Assembly (NCBI GenBank): GCA_001799615.1
Contig: MGTU01000027.1
Coordinates: forward strand, 27,451 to 91,450
Direction of reading: 5' to 3'
Length of the DNA: 64,000 nt
From: Elusimicrobia bacterium GWA2_61_42
GTDB taxonomy: Bacteria; Elusimicrobiota; Elusimicrobia; Elusimicrobiales; UBA9959
Below, one piece after another: positions 1 to 7,864 of the stretch. A model generated the notes under the pieces. That model saw only the letters and a program-made list of their open reading frames with translations, had not been told where the DNA came from and searched no databases. Position numbers and translations under genes: made by a program. Each line of letters begins with the position of its first letter. The first letter of the stretch is position 1.

Positions 1-81
1 TGGCTCAATACCCCTTTCGAAGGCGGCAAGTACCAGAAGCGCCTGGACAAGATAATGGCGATAGAACAGCGCTGCTGCTGA
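1..81 (+). CDS. C-terminal fragment of an unidentified gene (5' part lies left of the window)
   Basis: Frame 1 is open from nt 1 to TGA 79-81 (WLNTPFEGGKYQKRLDKIMAIEQRCC*). Third codon positions are G/C-biased like neighbouring genes. Too short to name. Directly upstream of BMC shell genes. Confidence 0.35.
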   Translation, partial: WLNTPFEGGKYQKRLDKIMAIEQRCC

Positions 82-87
82 ACCATA

Positions 88-384
88 ATGAAACAGGCAA
101 AGGTAATAGGACGGGTCTTCTGCTCACGCCAGTGCTGCGGCATGGAAGCGAAGACGCTGCTGCTTATACAGCCTTTGGATTGGGAAACGGATAAGCCGTC
201 AGGCGACCCGCTCGTGGCCGGAGATACCGTCGGCGCCGGCTCGGGCGAAACGGTTTTCTTCGTGGCCTCACGTGAGGCGATACAGGCTTTCGAGGGTTGG
301 GAGGGGGAAACAGCCGTCGGCGCCGCCCCGCCCCCGGTAGACGCCGCCATAGTCGGCATAATCGACGGCAAGAAGTTCAACTAA
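88..384 (+). CDS. bacterial microcompartment vertex protein, BMC-P (EutN/CcmL/PduN family)
   Basis: 98 aa. N-terminus MKQAKVIGRVFCSRQ and the later GDTVGAGSGETVFFV / AIVGIIDG strands fit the BMC-P family pattern. Confidence 0.85.
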   Translation: MKQAKVIGRVFCSRQCCGMEAKTLLLIQPLDWETDKPSGDPLVAGDTVGAGSGETVFFVASREAIQAFEGWEGETAVGAAPPPVDAAIVGIIDGKKFN

Positions 385-387
385 TCT

Positions 388-681
388 ATGTTCATAGCAA
401 AAGTAATCGGCAATGTGTGGGCGACGCGCAAGCATCCGGGCTTGAAAGGCGCCACCATGCTGCTGGTCAAAGCCGTGGACCCGATGGACGGCAATAAACT
501 GGTAGGCGAAGCCACGCTGGCGCTGGACGGCAACCAGGGGGCCGGCATCGGCGACACCGTGCTGATCGTGGACGAGGGCGGCTCGGCCCGGAAAATTTTA
601 AAGAACCCCAAGGCGCCGGTGCGCACCGTAATAGCCGGCATAGTGGATACGGTCCATATTACCGGAAAGGAAAAGATATGA
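388..681 (+). CDS. second BMC-P vertex protein (EutN/CcmL/PduN family)
   Basis: 97 aa. Motifs [43 protein letters not shown]. Paralog of 88-384. 3-nt gap to the previous gene and ATGA overlap with the next. Confidence 0.88.
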   Translation: MFIAKVIGNVWATRKHPGLKGATMLLVKAVDPMDGNKLVGEATLALDGNQGAGIGDTVLIVDEGGSARKILKNPKAPVRTVIAGIVDTVHITGKEKI

Positions 682-1673
682 ATGACGAAGACATAAAAAA
701 GATAGCGGCCGAAGTGGCCAGGATCCTGAGGGAGAAAGGCCCGGTTTATCCCCGGCAAACTCTCGGTGACTCCGTTACCATCGGGTCCGCCGGCAAGGTT
801 TTTCAGCACCCCCTGGTAAACCAGGCCGGTACGAACAAGCCCGCCGCTCCGGAAAAGAAGGCCTGCTCCGGCCAGGGCGATTGCAGGCTCGAAGAAAACA
901 CCTGCAGTTCCTCCTGCCAGAGCTGCAACCCGCTGACCAATTATACCGCCCAACAGGTCAAAGCCAGCGTGGACCGCGTCACTTTCTGCAACCCCAACGA
1001 GGCCAGTTCTTCCATAGCGGGGATGATAGACCACACCCTGCTCAAGGCCAACGCCACGCAGGAAGAGATAGGCAAGCTTTGCGAGGAAGCCCGCAAATAC
1101 CGCTTCGCCTCCGTCTGCGTGAATCCCGGCTACGTCGCCATGGCGTCCCGCCTGCTGCGCGGCTCCGGCGTGATGGTCTGCACCGTCATAGGTTTCCCGC
1201 TGGGCTCTACCACGCCTACCGTTAAGGCCATAGAAGCCCGCGACGCCATAGCCAACGGCGCCGACGAGATCGACATGGTGATAAACATAGGGGCGCTGAA
1301 GTCGGGCAACGACCAGCTGGTACAGGACGATATCAAGGCGGTGCGCGACGCCACCCGCGGCAAAACGCTCAAGGTGATCCTGGAGACCTCCTACCTTACG
1401 AAAGACGAGAAGATCCGCGCCTGCAAGATGTCCAAAGCCGCGCAGGCCGACTTCGTAAAGACCTCCACGGGCTTCGGCTCGGGCGGGGCCACTCCCGAGG
1501 ATATCGCGCTGATGCGCGAGACCGTGGGCCCCGAGATGGGCGTGAAAGCTTCCGGCGGCATCAAGAACGCCGAGGTGGCCGCGGCCATGATAAAGGCCGG
1601 CGCCACCCGCCTGGGCACCAGCGCCAGCATAGCCATAGTTTCGGGCGGAGAAGCCGCTAAGGGTCAGTACTAA
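678..1673 (+). CDS. deoC: deoxyribose-phosphate aldolase (DERA) with ~110-aa N-terminal extension carrying a putative BMC encapsulation peptide
   Basis: C-terminal ~220 aa carry DeoC motifs: [31 protein letters not shown], Schiff-base lysine context [18 protein letters not shown]-terminal [19 protein letters not shown] is an amphipathic helix followed by a low-complexity linker. Confidence 0.9.
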   Translation: MNDEDIKKIAAEVARILREKGPVYPRQTLGDSVTIGSAGKVFQHPLVNQAGTNKPAAPEKKACSGQGDCRLEENTCSSSCQSCNPLTNYTAQQVKASVDRVTFCNPNEASSSIAGMIDHTLLKANATQEEIGKLCEEARKYRFASVCVNPGYVAMASRLLRGSGVMVCTVIGFPLGSTTPTVKAIEARDAIANGADEIDMVINIGALKSGNDQLVQDDIKAVRDATRGKTLKVILETSYLTKDEKIRACKMSKAAQADFVKTSTGFGSGGATPEDIALMRETVGPEMGVKASGGIKNAEVAAAMIKAGATRLGTSASIAIVSGGEAAKGQY

Positions 1674-1698
1674 TTTGCGGTAACCAAGGAGAAACGAC

Positions 1699-1992
1699 AT
1701 GTCAGAACCTAAAGAAGCGTTGGGAATGATAGAGACCAAGGGTTTCATAGGCATGATAGAAGCCTCTGACGCCATGAGCAAGGCCGCCAAGGTGCGCCTG
1801 CTGGGCTACGAAAAGATAGGCTCGGGCTACGTCACCACCATGTGCGTGGGCGAAGTAGGCGCCGTGCGCGCGGCCGTGGAAGCCGGCGCCGCCGCCGCCC
1901 AGAAAGCGGGAGAGCTCGTAGGCATGCACGTCATACCGCGCCCCGCCGACGAACTGGACAAATACCTCGCGAAGATCTCGGTAAAAGCGTAA
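1699..1992 (+). CDS. BMC-H hexameric shell protein (PduA/EutM-like)
   Basis: 97 aa. Canonical BMC-domain motifs: [54 protein letters not shown]. Confidence 0.92.
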   Translation: MSEPKEALGMIETKGFIGMIEASDAMSKAAKVRLLGYEKIGSGYVTTMCVGEVGAVRAAVEAGAAAAQKAGELVGMHVIPRPADELDKYLAKISVKA

Positions 1993-2086
1993 AGGGCCGG
2001 ACGCCGGGTTCCGGGCCGGGTGTTTCGCGCTCAAAGAGTTTTTTTTAACTCTTTCCAAATACCCGTAACCCGCCGCCTATAACCTT

Positions 2087-2326
2087 ATGCTTACAAAAGG
2101 CGCTGTTGAAGACCTCATTATGCAGCACCTCCGGCCCGGGCCGGGGGCGGCGCCTGCCCCCCGCAAAGTGAGGGAATTGGGAAAGAAGGTCTTTATCAGC
2201 GACTGGGAGCTGCGGCGGCTTTACAAGCCGGACTCCAAAACGATCAACGTACCGGCCAACGCCATAGTGAGCCCGCTTTCCGTGGATTGGCTGGATTATA
2301 ATAACGTGACGGTCATACGCGCTTAG
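2087..2326 (+). CDS. small BMC-locus-associated hypothetical protein
   Basis: 79 aa. KVFISDWELRRLYKPDSKTINVPANAIVSPLSVDWLDYNNVTVI resembles (from memory) the short I-[ST]-E-x-[DE]-L-R-x-L-Y ... [ST]-P-x-A-x-D-[FW]-L module at the N-termini of some Eut/Pdu-locus proteins. Last co-directional gene of the locus. Confidence 0.5.
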   Translation: MLTKGAVEDLIMQHLRPGPGAAPAPRKVRELGKKVFISDWELRRLYKPDSKTINVPANAIVSPLSVDWLDYNNVTVIRA

Positions 2327-2452
2327 CGATGGTAATAAATGCTCCGCTTATTCCAGAACGACTCTCCGCTTACCCGGCCCCGCCGGAAGGGGCGGCGGCG
2401 GTTTCGCGCACGGATAAATTAATTTCAGACTATAACACGGGAGATAACGCTC

Positions 2453-3820
2453 ATGAATAGGTTCAAAACGCTGTTCTTAATTTCAGGTCTCGCCGCGGCC
2501 TGCTGCCCGGCCTTGGCCGCGCAGGAAGCCGCCGCCCCCGCCGCCGAGGAGGCCGCCGCCGTACCGGCCGAGGCCCCCGCGGCCGCGGTCGAAGCCCCGC
2601 CGGCGGTCCCGGCGGCCGGGCCCGCCCCCGCTGAAAAAAAGACCGGGCTGATGGACGCTGAATGGGAATTTCTCAAAACCGCGGGCGAGAGCAAGGACGA
2701 AGACGCGCTCGTGATCGTGCTGCCGCAGGCAGCCGACTGGCTGCGGGCCTACCCGGCCGCGCAGTACGCCGGGGACGCGCTGCTGTTAAAAGCGAAACTG
2801 CATCTGAAACTCGGGGATCACAGGTCGGCCCTGGTCGCCCTTCTGCGCCACAGCAGGGAATACCCGCAAAGCGCTTCTTCCGCCGAGGCCGCCAAGCTGT
2901 TCACGGAAACCGCGGAGAAAAAAGCCGACAAGAAAACCCGCCCCCTGCTGGCGGCGCTGTTCAAGGCCCCTTTGACGGGCGACGGCGAGCAGGAACTGGC
3001 CGCCCTGCTGGAAAAGCTTTCGGCGCAGGCCGGGGAAACGTTCTACGAGGCGCTGACCGCGGAGTTCCGGGAGTTCTTCTCCAGGTTCCCGGCTTACGCC
3101 GGCAACGACGGGCTGCGCATGGCGCTGGCGGATTTGCACCTGAAAAAAGAGGAATACCTGCCGGCCAGGCTGGCCTACGAGAAGATGGTGCGGATGCACC
3201 CGGCGAGTTCCATGCTCCCCAGGGTCAAACTGGCCCTGGGCGGGGTGCTGGCGAACAACCTGAAAGAGTATGAAGAAGCTATAAAGGTTTACCAGGATCT
3301 CACGGTTGCCTTTCCCGGCAGCGGCGAGGCCTGGGCCGCCTATGCCCAACTGCCCAAGCTTATGGAGCGGCAGAAGAAATACCAGGCCGCGGCCGAAGTT
3401 TACGAACAGATAATAACCCTCTACCCGGACAAAGAAGCGGCGTACGAGTCCTTTACCTCCCAGGCGCGCGTGCTGCGCGAGGAAATGGCCAAGCCCGGCC
3501 AGGCCGTGACCGTGCTGGGCAGGCTGGCGGACAAATACAAGGGAGAAAAAGCCATCGAAGCCCTGCTGCTGGCCGCCGAAATACACCGCAAAGACCTCAA
3601 GGACAGCGATGGAGAAGTAAAGATGTACGACAGGATAGTCGCGGAATACCCCTCCGATCCGCAGGCCCCCAAGGCCCTGTACGCCGCAGGCGAAGTTTAT
3701 GAAAAGAGCCTGGCCCTGGACAAGGCGGGGGAATACTACTCGAAGATCATCGCGAAATACGCGGACAACTCCATGGCCAAGAAAGCGCAGAAGCGCATAG
3801 ACGCCATGAACGGAAAATAA
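2453..3820 (+). CDS. secreted tetratricopeptide (TPR) repeat protein
   Basis: 455 aa. Signal peptide MNRFKTLFLISGLAAACCPALAAQE, an Ala/Pro/Glu-rich linker, then repeated A-x-Y/A-x-x-L helical-pair TPR-like units to the C-terminus. Confidence 0.7.
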   Translation: MNRFKTLFLISGLAAACCPALAAQEAAAPAAEEAAAVPAEAPAAAVEAPPAVPAAGPAPAEKKTGLMDAEWEFLKTAGESKDEDALVIVLPQAADWLRAYPAAQYAGDALLLKAKLHLKLGDHRSALVALLRHSREYPQSASSAEAAKLFTETAEKKADKKTRPLLAALFKAPLTGDGEQELAALLEKLSAQAGETFYEALTAEFREFFSRFPAYAGNDGLRMALADLHLKKEEYLPARLAYEKMVRMHPASSMLPRVKLALGGVLANNLKEYEEAIKVYQDLTVAFPGSGEAWAAYAQLPKLMERQKKYQAAAEVYEQIITLYPDKEAAYESFTSQARVLREEMAKPGQAVTVLGRLADKYKGEKAIEALLLAAEIHRKDLKDSDGEVKMYDRIVAEYPSDPQAPKALYAAGEVYEKSLALDKAGEYYSKIIAKYADNSMAKKAQKRIDAMNGK

Positions 3821-3838
3821 ACGGCGGGGAGACAAAGG

Positions 3839-4930
3839 ATGAACACTCAACTGGGAGTCATAGAAGGTTTTTACGGCGAACCGTGGAGCTGGGGCGAGCG
3901 GGCGGACTACGCCGGCTTCCTTAAAAAGCACGGCTTTTCGTTCTATATCTACGCGCCGAAGGCTGACGGCTACATGCGCAAGAAATGGCGCGAGCCTTTC
4001 CCTAAAACCCTCGAGGAAAAGCTGACCAAGCTTTCCTCCCAGTGCCATTCGGCCGGCATAGAGTTCGGGGTGGGCTTCAGCCCTTACGAGATCTATCTTT
4101 CCCCTTTCGACCTGGAAGTCAAAAAGCTGCTGCAGAACCGGGTGGACGCTTTCAACCGCATAGGGGTGGACAAGTTCGGCATACTCATGGACGACATGAA
4201 AGGCGACCTGCCCGGGCTGGCGGAGCGCCAGATAGAGGTGGTCAACTGGATAGCGGCCAGGTCGAAGGCCAAACAGTTCGTTTTCTGCCCCACGTATTAC
4301 TCGCTGGACCCCGTGCTTGAGAAACTTTTCGGCAAAATGCCGGAGGGTTATTTCGAACGGCTGGGGACCGAGCTGGATAAAAAGGTCAGCATGTTCTGGA
4401 CCGGCGAGCAGGTCTGCTCCAAAGCCTACAGCGAGGAGCACCTGCGCTCTACGGCCCAGAAACTCGGCCGCAAACCGCTGCTCTGGGACAATTATCCGGT
4501 CAACGACGGGCCCCGCATGTGCAAATTCCTGCACCTGCGCCCCATGACGGGCCGCCCGCCCGAGATCGGCAACTGGCTGGCGGGCCACGCCGTCAACCCG
4601 ATGAACCAGGCTGCGCTTTCCAAGATAGTCCTGCTGACCCTGCGGGCCGGCTACGAGGCCGGCGCGGCCTACAACCCGGACAAGGCTTTCAGAAAGGCGG
4701 CCGGGATGGTGACCTGCCACGAGATGGCGCTGCAGCTGGAGCGGGACCTCCCGGCTTTCATGGACAAGGGCCTGGACGTCCTGACCGGCGAAGAAAAAGA
4801 GTCCTTGAAGGCGGATTACGCCGTATTCCTGGAATCGCGCGAGAACGATACCGGCAAGGCCGCCCGCGAAGTGATAGACTGGCTGTCGGGGCGCTATAAT
4901 GTAACAAAGGACTTGTTCCTGACCCAATAA
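3839..4930 (+). CDS. glycoside hydrolase family 84 (O-GlcNAcase / beta-N-acetylglucosaminidase-like), no signal peptide
   Basis: GVIEGFYGEPWSW, YIYAPKADGY..KWREPF, catalytic Asp pair context FGILMDDM, FCPTYY, FWTGEQV, LWDNYPVND, VNPMNQAALSKI. These are collinear with the GH84 catalytic domain as recalled from BtGH84/NagJ. Confidence 0.85.
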   Translation: MNTQLGVIEGFYGEPWSWGERADYAGFLKKHGFSFYIYAPKADGYMRKKWREPFPKTLEEKLTKLSSQCHSAGIEFGVGFSPYEIYLSPFDLEVKKLLQNRVDAFNRIGVDKFGILMDDMKGDLPGLAERQIEVVNWIAARSKAKQFVFCPTYYSLDPVLEKLFGKMPEGYFERLGTELDKKVSMFWTGEQVCSKAYSEEHLRSTAQKLGRKPLLWDNYPVNDGPRMCKFLHLRPMTGRPPEIGNWLAGHAVNPMNQAALSKIVLLTLRAGYEAGAAYNPDKAFRKAAGMVTCHEMALQLERDLPAFMDKGLDVLTGEEKESLKADYAVFLESRENDTGKAAREVIDWLSGRYNVTKDLFLTQ

Positions 4931-4965
4931 GGCGGGAAGTCCGGACTTCATAACGGAGGGAAGAG

Positions 4966-5667
4966 ATGAAAAAAATTATTTTACTTCTGGTTCTGGCGGC
5001 TGCGGGCGGGTACTGGCTGATCTTGTCCAAACCGGCCCTGTACTACAAGGACGCTCTGGAATATAAGAACTTTACCCTCAGGGGCAGGGGCACCCTGCCG
5101 GCCGAGCCGGCGCCGGCCCTGGCGCTGGACAGGGCGCTGGAGAAGCTCCTGGCTTCGGAGTTATATTCCCCGGACGCTAAATTCGATATTTACCTCGCGG
5201 GCAGCCCGGGGCAGCTGCGCTTTTTCGCGCCTTTCGCGCCCGGGAACTACGCCCGGGTCAGCCCGGTCAGCGGCGGCATTTTTCTGGCCAGCGCCGATTT
5301 CGCGGAAGACAGGGCCAGGACGGCTCCGGAAGCCGTCGAATACCGCGCCCTGAGCAAAGTGATAACCTCCGCCGCGGTCCGGGAGCTGGCAAGGCGCCAG
5401 ATGAAGCCGCTGGCCTACCTGTCCGTGAAGGACTGGAAATTCACGGGCTACGGCGACAGGATCTCCGGCGGCGCCGGCGACTTCACGGTGGCGGACACCT
5501 GCGCTCAAGCGTCGGAGGAAGGGTCGGCTTTGCGCGAGTACGAGTACGGCCTCGCGGTGGACCTGTTCATGCAGGAAGAAAAGGGGACGTTCAGGGACCT
5601 GCTGAACCGCAACTACAGCTACGAAGGCGCCGAAAGACAGCTGAAGAAAAGGCATTGCGGCAAATAA
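4966..5667 (+). CDS. hypothetical membrane-anchored protein
   Basis: 233 aa. N-terminal hydrophobic anchor MKKIILLLVLAAAGGYWLIL. Coding-like G/C third positions. No recognisable domain. Confidence 0.55.
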   Translation: MKKIILLLVLAAAGGYWLILSKPALYYKDALEYKNFTLRGRGTLPAEPAPALALDRALEKLLASELYSPDAKFDIYLAGSPGQLRFFAPFAPGNYARVSPVSGGIFLASADFAEDRARTAPEAVEYRALSKVITSAAVRELARRQMKPLAYLSVKDWKFTGYGDRISGGAGDFTVADTCAQASEEGSALREYEYGLAVDLFMQEEKGTFRDLLNRNYSYEGAERQLKKRHCGK

Positions 5668-5671
5668 TCGT

Positions 5672-6079
5672 TCAATCGCCGTCCGCGCGCCGGTCCTGCT
5701 TTACAGCGGACCGGCGCTTTTTGCTTTCCAGGCGGCGCTGTTTGGAACCGTAAGAGGGTTTGGTGGGGCGCCGGTGCTTGGGCGGGCGGGCGGCCCGGGC
5801 CAGCAGTTCGCCGAGCCGGGCCCGGGCGGCCTGGCGGTTCTGCTCCTGGGTGCGGTATTCGCTGGCGACGATGAGTACGTCGCCTTCGGCGGTGAGCTTG
5901 GAGCCGGCCAGGGCTTTAAGCCGCTCCTGCGCGGCGTAAGGGAGCCCGGACAGGCGCGGAAAAAAACGCAGCTGCACGGTGGTGGCCACCTTGTTCACGT
6001 TCTGGCCGCCGTGGCCGCCGCTCCTTACGAATTTTTCTTCGAAAGAGCCGGGGCGGATGGGAAGATCGGGTTCGGGCAT
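5672..6079 (-). CDS. arfB: peptidyl-tRNA hydrolase ArfB (YaeJ), alternative ribosome-rescue factor
   Basis: 135 aa starting at ATG 6079 (MPEPDLPIRPG...). GGQ motif SGGHGGQNVNKV and a basic C-terminal tail KHRRPTKPSYGSKQRRLESKKRRS. The longer track ORF (to 6577) is an antisense read-through. Confidence 0.85.
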   Translation of the reverse strand: MPEPDLPIRPGSFEEKFVRSGGHGGQNVNKVATTVQLRFFPRLSGLPYAAQERLKALAGSKLTAEGDVLIVASEYRTQEQNRQAARARLGELLARAARPPKHRRPTKPSYGSKQRRLESKKRRSAVKQDRRADGD

Positions 6080-6139
6080 TTGTTTTATATTATCAAAAAA
6101 AGTTGCGGCCTGCGGGTTAAGTTTCCTATAAAAGAGTAT

Positions 6140-6958
6140 ATGGCTAATATCGTTCTTATTACCGGGGCCTCGGCGGGCATAGGATACGCCACGGCCGAAC
6201 TGCTGCTTAAAAACGGGTTCAGGGTCTACGCCGGCGCCCGGCGCGTGGAAAAAATGCGCGGCCTGGAAGCGCTGGGCGCGAAGCTCCTCAGGCTGGACGT
6301 GACGGAGGAGGCTTCCGTTGCGGGCGCGGTGGCGGCCGTGCTGGCGGCCGAAGGCCGGCTGGACGCGCTCGTCAACAACGCCGGCTACGGCGCGCACGGG
6401 GCGGTGGAAGACGTGCCGGTGGAGGAGGCGCGGCGGCAGTTCGAAGTTAACCTGTTCGGCCTCGCCCGGCTTACCCAGCTGGTTCTGCCGCACATGCGGG
6501 CGCAGGGCGGGGGAAGGATCATAAATATTTCCTCTATCGCGGGCAGGATCTCCATGCCTACCGGCGGCTGGTACCACGCCAGCAAATACGCGCTGGAGGC
6601 CTACTCCGACGCGCTGCGCCTGGAGACGGCGCAGTTCGGGATAAAGGTGGCGCTGATCGAGCCCGGCCCGATAAAGACGGAATGGGACGCCACCGCCCTG
6701 GTGAACCTGAACAAATATTCCGGCGCGGGGGTCTACGGGCCCATGGTCCGGCGGCTGACCGAAAAGTTCCGGGCAGGCTACAGGAGCGGGGCGCCGGGGC
6801 CGGAAGTGGTGGCCCGGGTTATCCTTAAGGCTTTAACGTCCTCGCGGCCCGCCGCTCGCTACCCGGTGCCGTTCAAGGCTTCTTTTATCATCTTCCTTAA
6901 ATGGGTGCTGCCGGACCGCGTGCTGGACTGGGCGCTGCGGCGCAGCCTGGAGGGCTGA
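6140..6958 (+). CDS. short-chain dehydrogenase/reductase (SDR)
   Basis: Start moved to ATG 6140 (MANIVLITGASAGIGYATA = TGxxxGIG cofactor motif). NNAG, catalytic YHASK, PGPIKTE. The track ORF start at 5774 overlaps arfB antisense. Confidence 0.88.
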   Translation: MANIVLITGASAGIGYATAELLLKNGFRVYAGARRVEKMRGLEALGAKLLRLDVTEEASVAGAVAAVLAAEGRLDALVNNAGYGAHGAVEDVPVEEARRQFEVNLFGLARLTQLVLPHMRAQGGGRIINISSIAGRISMPTGGWYHASKYALEAYSDALRLETAQFGIKVALIEPGPIKTEWDATALVNLNKYSGAGVYGPMVRRLTEKFRAGYRSGAPGPEVVARVILKALTSSRPAARYPVPFKASFIIFLKWVLPDRVLDWALRRSLEG

Positions 6959-6973
6959 GGCAGCGCGGGAAAT

Positions 6974-7010
6974 AAAAAAGCCCCGGGTTCGCCGGGGCTT
7001 TTTCTTTTTA
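6974..7010. terminator. bidirectional rho-independent terminator between convergent genes
   Basis: AAAAAA-AGCCCCGG(6979-6986)-GTTCG-CCGGGGCT(6992-6999)-TTTTC. A-run and T-run flank a perfect 8-bp GC stem. Confidence 0.8.
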
Positions 7011-7018
7011 CGGGACGA

Positions 7019-7651
7019 TCATTTGGCCGAGCCGTAGACGTAGGGCTCTTTCTTGCCGGAGCGATCCACTATCGCCCAGTAGGGTTTGCCGTCGAGGCGC
7101 AGGAAGAATATCCAGTTCTTTTCCACCGTTTCACCGTACTGGGGCTGGTTCTGCTTGTAGGGCCGCACGATGGAAAGGTGCGAAGCCGGCTCATTGAGCA
7201 GGGCCAGCACTTTCTGGCGGGCCGCTTTAAGGTCCGACTTGGAAGGCGTTGAAAGGACTCCCAACTGGGAGAGGGCGCCGGCCAGGGGGCTGGTGGGCTC
7301 CTTGTAATTCCCCAGCAGGGCGTTGAGCGAGAGGCGCAGGGCGTGCTCGAAGCAGAAAGTGTTGTCGTAGAAGCGGTCCTGGCGCATCACTTCCGTTTCG
7401 GGGATGTCCAGGCTGATGCCGGTTATGGCGAATTCTTTTATCAAAAGCTCTTCGGCGCCGGAATAATTCTGGCCGTCGCGGGGCCCGGCCCTTAAAGGGG
7501 CGGGGGCGGCGGGGACCTCGACGGACGCGAAGGTTTCAATGTTCGCTTCCGGGCTCCAATCGCGGCTGAAGCGCGCCGTTTCGCTCTGTTCCGCCGCAAA
7601 GGCGGAGGACACCGACAATACCGCGGCAATTACGGCTGCTGACAATTTCAT
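7019..7651 (-). CDS. secreted hypothetical protein
   Basis: 210 aa. Signal peptide MKLSAAVIAAVLSVSSAFAAEQ. No recognisable domain. Confidence 0.6.
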   Translation of the reverse strand: MKLSAAVIAAVLSVSSAFAAEQSETARFSRDWSPEANIETFASVEVPAAPAPLRAGPRDGQNYSGAEELLIKEFAITGISLDIPETEVMRQDRFYDNTFCFEHALRLSLNALLGNYKEPTSPLAGALSQLGVLSTPSKSDLKAARQKVLALLNEPASHLSIVRPYKQNQPQYGETVEKNWIFFLRLDGKPYWAIVDRSGKKEPYVYGSAK

Positions 7652-7783
7652 TTTTGCTTATCCTCCCTAACGTTCATGCCCGACAACTATAGTGTATCAC
7701 AACCCGCCCTTTTTCTGCTTTGACGAAGGTCATGCCCGCGCGCCGGGGAGCGGCGGTTTATTTTTAGCAGTCGCGGGGCGGGG

Positions 7784-7812
7784 TTGACAATTATAACCCC
7801 AAGGTGTATAAT
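7784..7812 (+). promoter_or_regulatory. sigma70-type promoter of the hrcA-grpE-dnaK-dnaJ operon
   Basis: TTGACA (7784-7789), exactly 17 nt, TATAAT (7807-7812). 52 nt upstream of the hrcA ATG. Confidence 0.8.
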
Positions 7813-7816
7813 ATTT

Positions 7817-7843
7817 CTGGCAAACAAGTGTTCTGAGTGCTAA
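7817..7843 (+). promoter_or_regulatory. degenerate CIRCE-like HrcA operator
   Basis: CTGGCAAAC-N9-GAGTGCTAA versus consensus TTAGCACTC-N9-GAGTGCTAA. Right half perfect, left half 5/9. Located between the -10 box and the hrcA start. A better left half, TTAGCAGTC, lies at 7764-7772. Confidence 0.55.
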
Positions 7844-7864
7844 TTAAGAAAGCGAGCCAAGACT

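Noticed and set aside
381-1790. 469-aa minus-strand ORF spanning the BMC-P, deoC and BMC-H genes
   Set aside because: It is antisense to four well-supported genes with clear family motifs. Its product is low-complexity (G/A/R/L-rich) with no motifs. This is the typical shadow ORF of high-GC DNA.
2786-4951. 721-aa minus-strand ORF
   Set aside because: It is antisense to the TPR protein and the strongly supported GH84 gene. Its composition is Arg/Gly/Leu-rich nonsense. Rejected as a shadow ORF.
5774-6139. N-terminal 122-aa extension of the SDR ORF. The same issue applies to the upstream extensions of nrfA (to 45971), nrfH (to 46810), ccsA (to 47202), arfB (to 6577), the WecA-like gene (from 59456) and the LysM gene (from 27100).
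   Set aside because: The extensions overlap neighbouring genes, are Arg/Gly/Pro-rich, and precede internal ATGs. Those internal starts give canonical N-termini (Rossmann TGxxxGIG, signal peptides, the MSRRD... TM anchor) with RBS-like purine tracts or ATGA coupling.
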